A stretch of 64,000 bases of DNA from Chloroflexota bacterium (GTDB lineage: Bacteria > Chloroflexota > UBA11872 > VXOZ01). Shown here in pieces: positions 49,075 to 61,614 of this stretch. Every line of letters starts with the position of its first letter. Position 1 is the first letter of the stretch. A program made the position numbers and the translations under genes. The notes under the pieces are model-generated. The model was not told where the DNA came from and made no database searches. It saw nothing but the letters and a program-made list of their open reading frames with translations. The DNA lies in the NCBI GenBank assembly GCA_964291655.2, contig OZ219801.1:480001-544000 (forward strand), read 5' to 3'.

Positions 49075-49548
49075 GCGAGTTTCGTCTCGCGCCAATTCGC
49101 CACTCGTCACTGGGTTTCGCTCACACACTCTTTCACCTGTGATGAGGAATTGGTTGGAGCTTGGCCTGATCTTCATCTGGGTATCTGTTCAGTAACAGGC
49201 GCCGCGCGCGATGAGAATCGGCGACAGTTGAAAAGGTGCAGACAGAAGACAGGCAACGCATACCAGAACTTGAGGCAGCACAGTCAGCGGGGATATGTGG
49301 GGAGAGAACGTACCCTAAAGAAGAATCATCGGTGAGCCTTCCTGTGTCTTCATGGGAAGGCATTTCGTTTAAGCTGTGACTATAGACCAAGTCATAGCGG
49401 CGTTTGCCACGACAACGCGGACACTGGCGCCCCTAATCGGCCTTTCTCTGGCTGACAAAGTGATTGCTACCAGCCGCAAGCAAGCATGGGGACGAAAGCA
49501 CCCTTGGGCAGAATTGCCAGGTGTACCGAAAGAGAGAACTCAAGCCAA

Positions 49549-50421
49549 ATGGGGATGCAGGCCGCTGCGAGAGTGGGCATCATCGGGGGCACGGGATTTG
49601 CAGACATCGAGGGACTGCAAGACCGCCGGGACGTCCACATAGCAACACCCTTTGGGCCGCCAAGCGATGCATTCACCCTGGGCACGTTGGACGGCGTCCC
49701 TCTTGCATTTCTCCCCCGGCACGGCCGGGGCCACGGAGTCCAGCCCAGTGATCTCAACGCCCGAGCGAACATCTACGGCTTCAAGCGCCTCGGGGTCGAG
49801 TATCTCATTTCCATCTCCGCCTGCGGCTCACTGCGCGAAGACCTGGCTCCCCAGCACATTCTCGTACCGGACCAACTCTACGACCATACGAAGCGGCGTG
49901 TTAGCACCTTTTTTGGCGACGGCATCGTTGCCCACGTCGGCTTCGCACAACCGTTCTGTCCGGTGCTAAGAAGTGTGCTCTATCAGACCGGCGAAACGGT
50001 CGGCATAGCAATGCACAGCGAAGGCACATACATCTGCATTGAGGGTCCGCACTTCTCTACAAAGGCCGAATCGGAAGTCTTCCGCGGTTGGGGCATGGAT
50101 GTAATCGGCATGACTGCGGTGCCGGAAGCAAAGTTAGCGCGGGAGGCGGAAATCTGCTACGCCACCCTCGCGTGTGTCACGGACTATGATGTGTGGCACG
50201 ATACAGCGGGCGAGGTTACTGTTGAGATGGTAGTTGAGAACCTGCAGCAGAACGTGGATCATGCCAAGGAGATCGTCCGGCGGGCCTTGACGACACTCCC
50301 GGACGTGCGCGGCGGTTGTCCCTGCCCCGACGCGCTTGCCAATGCCATCATCACGTCGCCGGACAGCATTCCGGCAGCACAACGGGCCGCGCTAGACCTG
50401 ATTGTCGGTAAGTACATATAG
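49549..50421 (+). CDS. mtnP: S-methyl-5'-thioadenosine phosphorylase
   Basis: VGIIGGTG, TPFGPPS, PRHGRGH, EGPHFSTKAES, GMTAVPEAKLAREAE, VTDYD. Confidence 0.95.
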   Translation: MGMQAAARVGIIGGTGFADIEGLQDRRDVHIATPFGPPSDAFTLGTLDGVPLAFLPRHGRGHGVQPSDLNARANIYGFKRLGVEYLISISACGSLREDLAPQHILVPDQLYDHTKRRVSTFFGDGIVAHVGFAQPFCPVLRSVLYQTGETVGIAMHSEGTYICIEGPHFSTKAESEVFRGWGMDVIGMTAVPEAKLAREAEICYATLACVTDYDVWHDTAGEVTVEMVVENLQQNVDHAKEIVRRALTTLPDVRGGCPCPDALANAIITSPDSIPAAQRAALDLIVGKYI

Positions 50422-50520
50422 ACCGGAGAAAGATTGGCGCATGCTTGTAGGAGCCAAAGGCATCACCTCTGTACATGCGCTGCGGTCCCATCTTCAAAGC
50501 TGGAGTATCCTGGCAGCGAA

Positions 50521-52729
<2,209 letters not shown>

Positions 52730-52801
52730 AAACCACGCCGGCGCCTCCGCACGGCGCTACAGCGAACCATCAGGTATATGAGGATGAGTAAGGAGACTAG
52801 A

Positions 52802-53983
52802 ATGAGTTTGGGCATTGGCTCATCAGCCAAAGTACTATTCACATCTGAGTCAGTGACGGAAGGTCATCCGGACAAGATGTGCGATGCGATCTCGGACGCG
52901 GTGCTGGATGCATTCATCGAGCAGTACCCCGAAGCGCGGGTCGCGTGCGAAACGGCTACGACAGCGGGGTTGATTGTAGTTCTCGGCGAAATAACGGCCA
53001 AGGCCAACGTAAATATTGCCGAGGTAGCCCGCAACGTTGCCGGAGAGATCGGCTACACGTCGGAAGACTATGGCTTAGACAACGAGACGTGTGAAGTGAT
53101 TGTGTCCGTAAGAGAACAGTCATCCGACATTGCGCTGGGGGTGGACAAAGCTGGCGCCGGGGACCAGGGTATGATGATTGGCTATGCCTGCAATGAAACG
53201 CCGGAGCTCATGCCCGCGCCTATCATGTGGGCTCACAATCTCGTCCGCAAACTCACAGCGCTCCGCAAAGACGGGGCGCTTTCATATCTCCGCCCCGACG
53301 GCAAGTCGCAAGTCACTGTCGAATACAGTTATGGCAAGCCGGTTCGCATAGACACTGTCGTGCTTTCCGCGCAACACCATCCGCATGTCGACCAGGAGAC
53401 AATCCGCCGCGACCTCATCGAACATTGCGCCCGCGCCGTAATTCCTGCCAAGTGGCTGGATGACGACACGCGATTCTTAATCAACCCAACCGGAAGATTC
53501 GTCACCGGCGGGCCGCTGGGTGATGCGGGTTTGACCGGTCGCAAGATCATCGTTGATACGTACGGGGGGATGGCCCGCCACGGCGGCGGGGCGTTCTCCG
53601 GCAAAGACCCCACCAAAGTGGACCGCTCCGCCGCCTACGCTACGCGCTACGTGGCAAAGAATATTGTCGCGGCGGGGCTGGCCGATCGCTGTGAGATTCA
53701 AATCGCCTACGCCATTGGTACAGCGAATCCCGTTTCCATCATGGTAGACACCTTTGGAACGGGTAGAGTGGCTGATGACGAACTCGTTGCCATCATTCGC
53801 GATCACTTTGATCTTCGCCCTGCGGCAATCATCTGCGATCTGGATCTACGGCGACCCATCTATCGCCAAACGGCAGCATACGGACACTTTGGGCGCCCTG
53901 ACATCGACGTGCCGTGGGAACGAATTGACAAAGCAGATCTGCTTCGCAATGCGGCCGGTAATCTCTCAGGCGCCACCACATAG
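52802..53983 (+). CDS. metK: S-adenosylmethionine synthetase
   Basis: [35 protein letters not shown]. Confidence 0.99.
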   Translation: MSLGIGSSAKVLFTSESVTEGHPDKMCDAISDAVLDAFIEQYPEARVACETATTAGLIVVLGEITAKANVNIAEVARNVAGEIGYTSEDYGLDNETCEVIVSVREQSSDIALGVDKAGAGDQGMMIGYACNETPELMPAPIMWAHNLVRKLTALRKDGALSYLRPDGKSQVTVEYSYGKPVRIDTVVLSAQHHPHVDQETIRRDLIEHCARAVIPAKWLDDDTRFLINPTGRFVTGGPLGDAGLTGRKIIVDTYGGMARHGGGAFSGKDPTKVDRSAAYATRYVAKNIVAAGLADRCEIQIAYAIGTANPVSIMVDTFGTGRVADDELVAIIRDHFDLRPAAIICDLDLRRPIYRQTAAYGHFGRPDIDVPWERIDKADLLRNAAGNLSGATT

Positions 53984-54061
53984 CCCGCCGCTGCTGCGCC
54001 GGTCGGAATTGCGCCTTTGCAACGTGGTGAGCAGGGCGCATGTGGCGCCCGGCCAATTCCT

Positions 54062-54652
54062 TTAGCGGGACTGGTACCAGACATGAAAGACGCGCTGCAC
54101 GGTCGTGAGCAGCGTGAGTACCGCCAGCATCCATATGACGATCTTTAGCACAATACCTAGAGAGTCCGGGAACAACAACGCCAAGCCGAGTGCGATTACG
54201 CGTTCCGGACGCTGAAACCATCCTACTGTGCAGGAAAGCCCTAACCCCTCCGCGCGGGCGCGCGTGTAGCTCACCATCTGGGACCCTACAAGCATGAGCG
54301 CGATGCCTAGCACAGTCAGGTCGTCCTGCCGGGCGAGGAAGTACCCGATCAACCCCAGGCATATTGCAGCTTCAGACAGCCTGTCCAGGGTCGAATCAAA
54401 GAATGCCCCAAAAGTGGTGCCCCGGTCGCTCACCCGCGCCAGCGCACCATCCACCATATCAAATGCACTGGCAACCAGCACGAGAATCGCGGCCCAGGGC
54501 CACACTCCCTGCCAGACCGCCGCAGCCGCCACGAGGCTAAGTACAAAGCCAAGAGTCGTGACTGTATTTGGCTGAATACCAATACGTGCGAGTGGGCGAA
54601 CCAGCGCCTCCATGGCAGTCTGCGCCCAGGCACGGACGCCTGGATGAATCAT
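54062..54652 (-). CDS. CDP-alcohol phosphatidyltransferase (probable phosphatidylinositol-phosphate synthase)
   Basis: PNTVT, DMVDGALAR...FGAFFDSTLDR, VSYTRARAE, RPER. In the ino1 operon. Confidence 0.9.
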   Translation of the reverse strand: MIHPGVRAWAQTAMEALVRPLARIGIQPNTVTTLGFVLSLVAAAAVWQGVWPWAAILVLVASAFDMVDGALARVSDRGTTFGAFFDSTLDRLSEAAICLGLIGYFLARQDDLTVLGIALMLVGSQMVSYTRARAEGLGLSCTVGWFQRPERVIALGLALLFPDSLGIVLKIVIWMLAVLTLLTTVQRVFHVWYQSR

Positions 54653-54719
54653 GATTCACACTGCTCCATTGACGTGCACCGTAACCTTGCTTGCCTCTTG
54701 CGGTCCAGGATCACTGTGC

Positions 54720-55901
54720 TCATTCCTTTCTACGCCGCTCGACTCTTGCCCAGTCAAAGCGGCGGCTGCGCGGCCTTGCGCTGGCGATGGTCTCTTCATA
54801 GAACGCAACCAACTGAGTCGCGATCTTCTCCCAAGAATAGCCTTGCGCCGCGTGTAATCCCTTGGCGCCAGTCTCGTCGCGAAGCGATTCATGGCCAAGG
54901 AAGCGCATGAGCGTCCGAGCCAAAGCTGCTTCATCTTGCGGGGGAACCAGCTCGCCGGCTCCTGTGCCATCCAGCACTCCACGATACCCTTCAATGCTGG
55001 ACGCCACGACCGGCTTGCCGGCAGCCATGGCCTCGAGCAAGACGATGCCCTGGCTTTCGCCGCCGGTAGACGGCGCGCAAAACACATGGCATGACTTGTA
55101 GTAACGTACCTTCTCTTCTCTACTTACAAACCCGACGAAAAGCACATTCGACAAGCCAAGCTGAGCAACTCTCTTCTCATACTCGCCGCGCTGTTCCTCT
55201 GTGAACGCACCCACAACAATAAGGCGAACGTCATAGGTGCCGCTCTCCTGCACAATTCGCAGTGCCTGCAAAAGGTATGTCAATCCTTTGCGTTTCTCCA
55301 GCCGTCCGACAAACAGTATGTTGAGCATACCGTCATCTAGATTGGGAAAAGGAGGCAACGCGCTTTGGAAGAGCTGCATGTCGATGCCATTGGGAATGAT
55401 GCGGTACCTGGCGGGAAAGTAGCGTTCAATCAGCTCGCGGGCCGCATCAGATACGGCAACCCGTCCCTGCAATCGATTGAAGTACCGCTTCAACAATGGT
55501 TTGCCGTAAAGATACGCGAAGTGGGAGCGCCGGTAGGTATGGAATGTCCCGACGTTTACTGTCCGGGAGTGACGGAGCACCGTGATAGGCAACGCCGGTG
55601 CGAGCGGCTCGTGCAGGTGCACCACGTCGAACCGCTCATTGGCGAGAATTTCCTTCACCTGACGCGAGAGCGTGAGCGAGAGCGAAATGCGCGCCACTGA
55701 GGCATTCGTCGGAACCCTGACGATCGTCTTCCCAACCCGGTAAAGGTTTTCGTAGGGCAATTCTTCTTCAGGCTGGGATGAAGGCGCAAGTATGCGGACC
55801 TCATGCCCCATACCTTGAAACTGCCCATTGAGGTGACTGATGTGCTCGGTCACACCACCGGGATATGCATAGTCGTATGGTGAAACGAGGGCAATCTTCA
55901 T
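54720..55901 (-). CDS. GT4, PimA-like phosphatidylinositol alpha-mannosyltransferase
   Basis: MKIALVSPYDYAYPGGVTEH, HLHEPLAP, STGGESQGIVLLEAMAAG. Confidence 0.88.
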   Translation of the reverse strand: MKIALVSPYDYAYPGGVTEHISHLNGQFQGMGHEVRILAPSSQPEEELPYENLYRVGKTIVRVPTNASVARISLSLTLSRQVKEILANERFDVVHLHEPLAPALPITVLRHSRTVNVGTFHTYRRSHFAYLYGKPLLKRYFNRLQGRVAVSDAARELIERYFPARYRIIPNGIDMQLFQSALPPFPNLDDGMLNILFVGRLEKRKGLTYLLQALRIVQESGTYDVRLIVVGAFTEEQRGEYEKRVAQLGLSNVLFVGFVSREEKVRYYKSCHVFCAPSTGGESQGIVLLEAMAAGKPVVASSIEGYRGVLDGTGAGELVPPQDEAALARTLMRFLGHESLRDETGAKGLHAAQGYSWEKIATQLVAFYEETIASARPRSRRFDWARVERRRKE

Positions 55902-55909
55902 GCTCCGCC

Positions 55910-56653
55910 TCACTTTCCGGGAACGAGCGTCTGTCCCAGCCAATCCGCATACCGTCGCATTTTGCGCCGAAAGTAGAGCATAGACTCATCTAGATCAAAG
56001 TACCCGCCGCACGCCATCGTCGTCTTGTGTTTGATTGCTTCCCGCACGTCATTGGCTGTCTTGCCGGGGAAGACGGTGTGCGCCTTGCCAATCCCCTCTA
56101 AAATGTGCGCGTCACTGCCGCCTACCTGGGGCAGGTCAAGTCTCTGTTGAATCTCAAGCGCTTTCTCGTAGCTCATCTTGCCCGCCGGGCTCGCATTCAT
56201 GACTTCGATAGCGTCGAACCAGTACCCTTTTCTCGCCAAGCGATTGAAAGTGTACTGCCGAAAGCTAAGGGTCAACCAAGACATCGGGTGAGGCACAATC
56301 ACTAATCCGCCCTGCTCTCGTATGGCATCGATGGTCCACTCAGCACTGCGCAAGACCGGAAACGCCGTCTCTACCCACAAGCCTATGAGGTGGCCGTCGA
56401 AGGTGGATACCTCGATACCTGGGATCACCTCCACACCCGGGAATTGGTCGGCGAGCGCCGCCGCCTCCAGTGCGCCGTCAATTTCATCGTGGTCCGTGAC
56501 CGCAAGAACCGCTATATCTGTCTCGGCACTTACATATTCCAGCATCTCAAAGGGCGTAAACGTGCCGTCACTCGCCTTCGTGTGGATGTGCAGGTCCGCC
56601 TTGCTGGCAAGGGTCGGGCCTAACAATTCTTCTGGAGACGGTCGCATTCGCAT
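55910..56653 (-). CDS. PHP-family phosphoesterase
   Basis: DLHIHTKASDG, VTDHD, GIEVST, PHP, GGSDAH. Start inferred. Confidence 0.9.
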   Translation of the reverse strand: MRMRPSPEELLGPTLASKADLHIHTKASDGTFTPFEMLEYVSAETDIAVLAVTDHDEIDGALEAAALADQFPGVEVIPGIEVSTFDGHLIGLWVETAFPVLRSAEWTIDAIREQGGLVIVPHPMSWLTLSFRQYTFNRLARKGYWFDAIEVMNASPAGKMSYEKALEIQQRLDLPQVGGSDAHILEGIGKAHTVFPGKTANDVREAIKHKTTMACGGYFDLDESMLYFRRKMRRYADWLGQTLVPGK

Positions 56654-56664
56654 ACCCCTCCTAC

Positions 56665-57576
56665 CTATGCCTGTCCCGTGCCGGGGGCCTCGGAGCAAAG
56701 AGGTCGGGCCCACATAGGACGAAACATGTACCACTGCTCCGGACACGAGCGAATCATCTCTTCCAACAATCCTGCAAGTTGCTGCATGGTGGCTTGTATG
56801 TCGCTCTTCTCATCGTCACTGGGAACGGCGTAAATGGGCGGGTAGACGGTGACAGCCAAGCCATTTCCCTCACTGCGCCGGCACTGACACATCACGAGCG
56901 GAGCTCCGGTGCGCAATGCCAGCGCGGCCGGGCCGGCGGGAAGAAACGCCTGACTCCCGAAAAATGTAACAGGAACGCCGCGGCCGCCCATCGGCCGATC
57001 AAACAGCAGTCCTACCACACGATTGGCTTGCAGTTGCCGCAACATGGCGCGCAGCCCGCTCTCCACCGGCACCGTATCAATACCTAAACGCTCACGCACT
57101 CTGCGCACGATCCAATCAATCGTCCCACTACCAAACTGGTCCACTGGGATCAGAACCGGAAATCGTTGCGCCAGCATTGCGCCGCCTAAGTCCCAGAGCC
57201 CAAAGTGACCGGAGAGGAAAATCACGCCCTTGCCTGCCTTCAGGGCCTCAGTGAGATATTCTTCCCCTTGAAACTCGCGCACCCGCTGCTCCAAGCGCTC
57301 TGGGGTCATCCGCATCCAGCTCAGAAAGTCGGCTAAGTACCAGCCGTAGTTCTCCATAGACTTCCTGGCCACTCGCCGCGTCTCCGGATGCAGCAACGGC
57401 TTTCCCAACACATGAGACATATTGGCCATTGCGTTTTCGCGACCTGTCCGCCAAACACGAAAGACCGCCCGGGCCAGCAGACTCGCCATGCGATACTTGA
57501 TAGACTGCGGCAAAGCGCCGTCAAGTGTGGCACCCGTTACCAACAAGAGCCGTCCAGTCAGGCCACTCATCGTCAT
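56665..57576 (-). CDS. PatA-like (lipid A lauroyl/lysophospholipid family) acyltransferase
   Basis: HFGLWD (HxxxxD), LLFDR, VTFFG, PEQWYMF. Confidence 0.88.
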   Translation of the reverse strand: MTMSGLTGRLLLVTGATLDGALPQSIKYRMASLLARAVFRVWRTGRENAMANMSHVLGKPLLHPETRRVARKSMENYGWYLADFLSWMRMTPERLEQRVREFQGEEYLTEALKAGKGVIFLSGHFGLWDLGGAMLAQRFPVLIPVDQFGSGTIDWIVRRVRERLGIDTVPVESGLRAMLRQLQANRVVGLLFDRPMGGRGVPVTFFGSQAFLPAGPAALALRTGAPLVMCQCRRSEGNGLAVTVYPPIYAVPSDDEKSDIQATMQQLAGLLEEMIRSCPEQWYMFRPMWARPLCSEAPGTGQA

Positions 57577-57591
57577 GACACGAACTCTCAG

Positions 57592-58710
57592 CTATGCCTG
57601 TTGCTCCCCGCCCTGGAGGACGTGGCCCGCATCATCACCGGTTCCGGCAATGAATTCCTCGAGCAAATCCCGCGCGCGCTCATCAGTAATCTGCTGTGGG
57701 GGCGACTTCATAAGATAGGCCGACGCCGCGACCAATGTGCCGCTGAGACTGCGGTCGAGCCCGATCTTGGCGAGCCGCACGGCATCGATGACCACACCGG
57801 CCGAATTCGGTGAGTCCCACACCTCCAGCTTGATCTCTGCCCGCAGTGGAACGTCGCCAAAGGCCTTACCGTTCATATGAATATATGCCCACTTGCGGTC
57901 CTGCAGAAACGGCACGTGATCGCTGGGACCAATGTAGACGTTGCCTTCGCCGGGATCGTAATCCAACAGCGAGGTTACCGCGTTCGTCTTGGACTCCTTC
58001 TTGGAGCTCAAACGAGAGCGCTCCAACATGTTGAGAAAGTCGGTATTGCCTCCGACGTTGAGCTGGCTCGTCTCCTCCAAGCGTACACCGCGGTCCCGGA
58101 AGAGCCGCGCCAAGGTGCGATGGACAATCGTTGCCCCAACCTGGGACTTGATGTCATCGCCAACAATTGGGACCCCTGCTTCATGAAAGCGCCGTTGCCA
58201 GTAGGGCTCACGGCCGATAAAGACCGGAATGCAGTTCACGAAAGCGCAACCGGCGCGCAATACCTGCTCCACGTACCACTTCGTCGCTTCTTCGCTGCCT
58301 ACCGGCAGATAGCTTACTAGGACATCCGTGCCGGTGTCTTTCAAAATGCTCACAATATCGTCCGTGGATCCGGGCGCTTTGTGCACGACCTCGCTGAGAT
58401 ACTGACCGATACCATCGTGGGTCATGCCGCGATGGACCGACACGCCAAGCGGCTCAACCTCCGAAAACTTGATCGTGTTATTCGGCGGCTGCCAGATCGC
58501 CTCGCCAAGGTCCTTGCCAACTTTGTTTTCATCAACGTCAAAGGCAGCGGAAAACTCAATGTCGCTCACGTGATAGTCACCCAGCCGCACGTGCATGAGA
58601 CCGGGAACGAAGTCCGAGTCCGCTGCGTTTCGGTAATATTGGACACCCTGGATTAGAGACGACGCGCAGTTTCCTACGCCGACTATCGCCACCCGTACCT
58701 TACTTCTCAC
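57592..58710 (-). CDS. ino1: myo-Inositol-1-phosphate synthase
   Basis: [51 protein letters not shown]. Start inferred at GTG 58710. Confidence 0.97.
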   Translation of the reverse strand: MRSKVRVAIVGVGNCASSLIQGVQYYRNAADSDFVPGLMHVRLGDYHVSDIEFSAAFDVDENKVGKDLGEAIWQPPNNTIKFSEVEPLGVSVHRGMTHDGIGQYLSEVVHKAPGSTDDIVSILKDTGTDVLVSYLPVGSEEATKWYVEQVLRAGCAFVNCIPVFIGREPYWQRRFHEAGVPIVGDDIKSQVGATIVHRTLARLFRDRGVRLEETSQLNVGGNTDFLNMLERSRLSSKKESKTNAVTSLLDYDPGEGNVYIGPSDHVPFLQDRKWAYIHMNGKAFGDVPLRAEIKLEVWDSPNSAGVVIDAVRLAKIGLDRSLSGTLVAASAYLMKSPPQQITDERARDLLEEFIAGTGDDAGHVLQGGEQQA

Positions 58711-58816
58711 CGGTTCTTTTCTCCCTAAGATTGTTGCAATTCTTCCAGTCGACTCTTGAATGTGCACTCTCCACGGCGCGCACACCCATGTCCTCCGCTA
58801 AGTTTCGTCGCTCTAG

Positions 58817-59143
58817 CTAAGACGAACTCGCAGTCTGCTCAGCGAGCGCTGCCTCCGCATCTTGTTCGGTTGCCAACAGATCGTCTAGTCCCTGGGAGAC
58901 CTGCTGGAATCCGGTCCGGTTCAGCGCGTAGTGCACCTGTCGCCCGTCCTTCCGCGCATCCACCAGGTTGGCACGGCGCAATATGCTCAAGTGCCACGAA
59001 AGCAAGGGCTGGCTAAGCCGTATTTGCACCCGCAATTCGGTCACCGTCATGCTCTCTTCAGCGGCAAGGAGATGAAGAATCTCCAAGCGAGAACGACTGG
59101 CAAGCGCGCGAAGTTGCCTGCTGAGGTCTCGAACCGGTTGCAT
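58817..59143 (-). CDS. ArsR/SmtB-family regulator
   Basis: RALASRSRLEIL, SQPLLSWHLSILRRANLV..RKDGRQVHY. Confidence 0.93.
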   Translation of the reverse strand: MQPVRDLSRQLRALASRSRLEILHLLAAEESMTVTELRVQIRLSQPLLSWHLSILRRANLVDARKDGRQVHYALNRTGFQQVSQGLDDLLATEQDAEAALAEQTASSS

Positions 59144-59184
59144 TACTACTCCTCGTCAAAATGCGACCACTACGCCTATAATAT

Positions 59185-59200
59185 ATCAATTATCGTTGAA
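59185..59200. promoter_or_regulatory. Putative ArsR-family operator
   Basis: ATCAA-N6-TTGAA just upstream of arsR, similar to the SmtB/ArsR ATCAA-N6-TTGAT box. Confidence 0.45.
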
Positions 59201-59368
59201 GTGATTTTTCTTTATATTATCTTGAACTCTCGGTTGCGTCAAGATAAACGGAGGCTAGATTCGCTCCCAAGTCGTCGTCTCTCTCGGCAGGGAGAACTCC
59301 TCAGCGAACATTGCTGGGTTGTGCCGCCTTTGTCCCCCCAGGGGGCACTTTGCTAGCATAGAATCAAC

Positions 59369-60481
59369 ATGCAAGTGGCACTAGCGCACGATTACTTCTT
59401 TGCCCTGGGGGGCGCCGAGCAGACCGTGGCGGTCATGCACGGGCTTTGGCCCCAAGCGCCCGTATACACTTCTTTCATTGACCGCGGCACGTTCCCGGTG
59501 GACGTGACCGCGTGGGACATGCGGACCTCATTTCTCCAGCGCATTCCTCATCCTGCGCGCGTACAAAAGTTGCTTACACCGCTCTACCCGCTTGCTTTTC
59601 GCAGCTTTGATATGGAGTCATTCGACGTGGTCATCTCATCGGCCAGTTTCGCCGCAAAAGGCATTCCACGGCGGCCAAACACCTTGCACATCAGCTACTG
59701 TTATACGCCCCCGCGCTTCCTTTGGGGCATGACGCCGGCCACAGACCGCGGTCAGATGTCCCGGCCGCTCCGCAGTCTCGACGCCTTGCTCCGCCCGCCA
59801 TTGCGTCGTTGGGACCTTTGGGCGGCGGCGCAGCCGCACCATCTGGTGGCGATCTCGCGCACCGTGGCGGCACGCATTCGCCGCGTCTACGGCATCGAGG
59901 CGCCCGTCATCTATCCGCCCGTCGCCACGGGCCGCTTTGGCTCGCAGCCCTGCCGCGATGACGGGTATTATGCATTTGTAGGGAGGCTGGAAGCCCACAA
60001 GCACGTGGACCTCGCAGTCGCTGCCGCTCAGGAAGCGCACGTTCCCTTGCGCGTTATCGGCGACGGGCCTCTACGAGAGACTCTGGCCAAATCGGCGCCG
60101 GCCAACGTATCAATCCTTGGCTGGCTGCCGGAGCAGGAGTTGGCCGCACAACTTGCCGGCTGCCGTGCCCTGCTCTTTCCGGGTGAAGAGGACTTTGGCA
60201 TCGTCATGGTGGAAGCCCTGAGCGCCGGCAAGCCCGTCATCGCCTTTGGCGCGGGCGGCGCAACCGAAATCGTGCAGCCGGGTGTAAACGGCTTACTCGT
60301 ACCGGAGCAGTCCGAAACCGCGTTTGCACAAGTGCTCCGGGACTTCGACCCAGATCGATTCGCGCCTGACGTATGCCGCGAAACTGCCGCACGTTTTGAC
60401 GAATCTGTGTTTGCCGGCAAGTTCAAGGAATTCGTCGAGGCAAAGTGGACTGAGTTCAAACAGGACATTCAAGACAACTAG
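59369..60481 (+). CDS. Glycosyltransferase family 4 (WbaZ-like)
   Basis: VALAHDY...GGAE, YCYTPPR, EEDFGIVMVEA. Confidence 0.93.
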   Translation: MQVALAHDYFFALGGAEQTVAVMHGLWPQAPVYTSFIDRGTFPVDVTAWDMRTSFLQRIPHPARVQKLLTPLYPLAFRSFDMESFDVVISSASFAAKGIPRRPNTLHISYCYTPPRFLWGMTPATDRGQMSRPLRSLDALLRPPLRRWDLWAAAQPHHLVAISRTVAARIRRVYGIEAPVIYPPVATGRFGSQPCRDDGYYAFVGRLEAHKHVDLAVAAAQEAHVPLRVIGDGPLRETLAKSAPANVSILGWLPEQELAAQLAGCRALLFPGEEDFGIVMVEALSAGKPVIAFGAGGATEIVQPGVNGLLVPEQSETAFAQVLRDFDPDRFAPDVCRETAARFDESVFAGKFKEFVEAKWTEFKQDIQDN

Positions 60482-60519
60482 GAGCTATCTCATAGATCTG
60501 TCCGCTAAGCCAAATCGTG

Positions 60520-60716
60520 TTTCGACACTTCGGCACGCTTGTGCTGAGTACTTCGACAAGCTCAGTACAGGCTTTGTCGCAGTGCTCAGAACCGCCAAGG
60601 TCTTCGCGCAGTACTCAGCACGAACAGTATCCTGCCTATTTCCTTCACCCCGAGCCTGTCGATTTCCGTTCGCCCTGAGCCTGTCATATTCCGTTCGCCC
60701 TGAGCCTGTCGAAGGG
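60520..60716. repeat. Cluster of nested and tandem REP-like elements
   Basis: CTTCGACAAGCTCAGTACAGGC nested in TGCTGAGTAC...GTACTCAGCA. Three tandem TTCCGTTCGCCCTGAGCCTGTC-like units at 60640-60716. Confidence 0.75.
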
Positions 60717-60762
60717 CAGGTCTACACAGAGCCATGTACATTCGAGGCAAGTTCCTATCAAA

Positions 60763-61506
60763 ATGAACGATAGCAAGCCCCCCAGTGCCGACGTGCTGGG
60801 CGTGCGCGTGGACTGCGTAACCGTATCCCAGGCGCTCGACCATTGTGCACAATTGCTCGATACCGACGGCCACCACCAGGTGGTAACGCTCAACTCTGAA
60901 TTCGTGATGTACGCCCAGCACGACGCTTCCTTTCGCGCGCTTGTTCGCGAGACCGACCTCGTCGTACCGGACGGCGCCGGCATCGTGTGGGCTGTACGCC
61001 GCCAAGGCAAAGCCAATATCGAACGCGTGACGGGCGTTGACTTGATGCAAGATCTTTGTATCCAGGCCGCTCAGCAGCAAATAGCTGTGTTTCTACTCGG
61101 CGCGGCTCCTGGGATTGCCGCACAAGCGGCAGCAACGCTGCAAGCAAAGATACCCGGCCTCGTGATGGCCGGCACGGCCGTCGGCGCACCTGATCCCGAT
61201 CAAGCTCCCGGACTATGCGCGCAGGTCCGCGAGTCAGGCGCTGGTATGCTCTTCGTTGCCTTTGGCTGTCCGGCGCAGGATTTCTGGATTCAGAAGTACC
61301 AGGAGAAAACTGGCGCGCGCTTGGCAATGGGCGTCGGCGGGAGCTTTGACTATGTCTCCGGCACAGTGGCGCGCGCTCCACTTTGGATTCAGCGGATAAA
61401 CCTTGAATGGTGTTATCGTTTGGTGCGGCAGCCTTGGCGCTGGCGCCGACAGCGTGTGCTCATCGCCTATCTGTGGAGAGTCTTGCGGGAGAAATCATCT
61501 CAATGA
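60763..61506 (+). CDS. WecG/TagA/CpsF-family glycosyltransferase
   Basis: VVTLNSE, PDGAG, RVTGVDL, FGCPAQD, GVGGSFD, RAP..EWCYRL..QPWRWRR. Confidence 0.95.
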   Translation: MNDSKPPSADVLGVRVDCVTVSQALDHCAQLLDTDGHHQVVTLNSEFVMYAQHDASFRALVRETDLVVPDGAGIVWAVRRQGKANIERVTGVDLMQDLCIQAAQQQIAVFLLGAAPGIAAQAAATLQAKIPGLVMAGTAVGAPDPDQAPGLCAQVRESGAGMLFVAFGCPAQDFWIQKYQEKTGARLAMGVGGSFDYVSGTVARAPLWIQRINLEWCYRLVRQPWRWRRQRVLIAYLWRVLREKSSQ

Positions 61507-61614
61507 GCCGAGCAATGCGGGCGGCTATAATGCACCTTGGATGCTGTCCGATCGCTCGCAACTCCAGCACGTGCACTAAGTGATCCCAGTAACGCGCACT
61601 AGTGATGAGAACCG

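Noticed and set aside
49075-49548. SAM/SAH riboswitch upstream of mtnP-ahcY-metK
   Set aside because: No SAM-I (ATC..AGAG) or SAH consensus recognisable by eye; Infernal would be needed.
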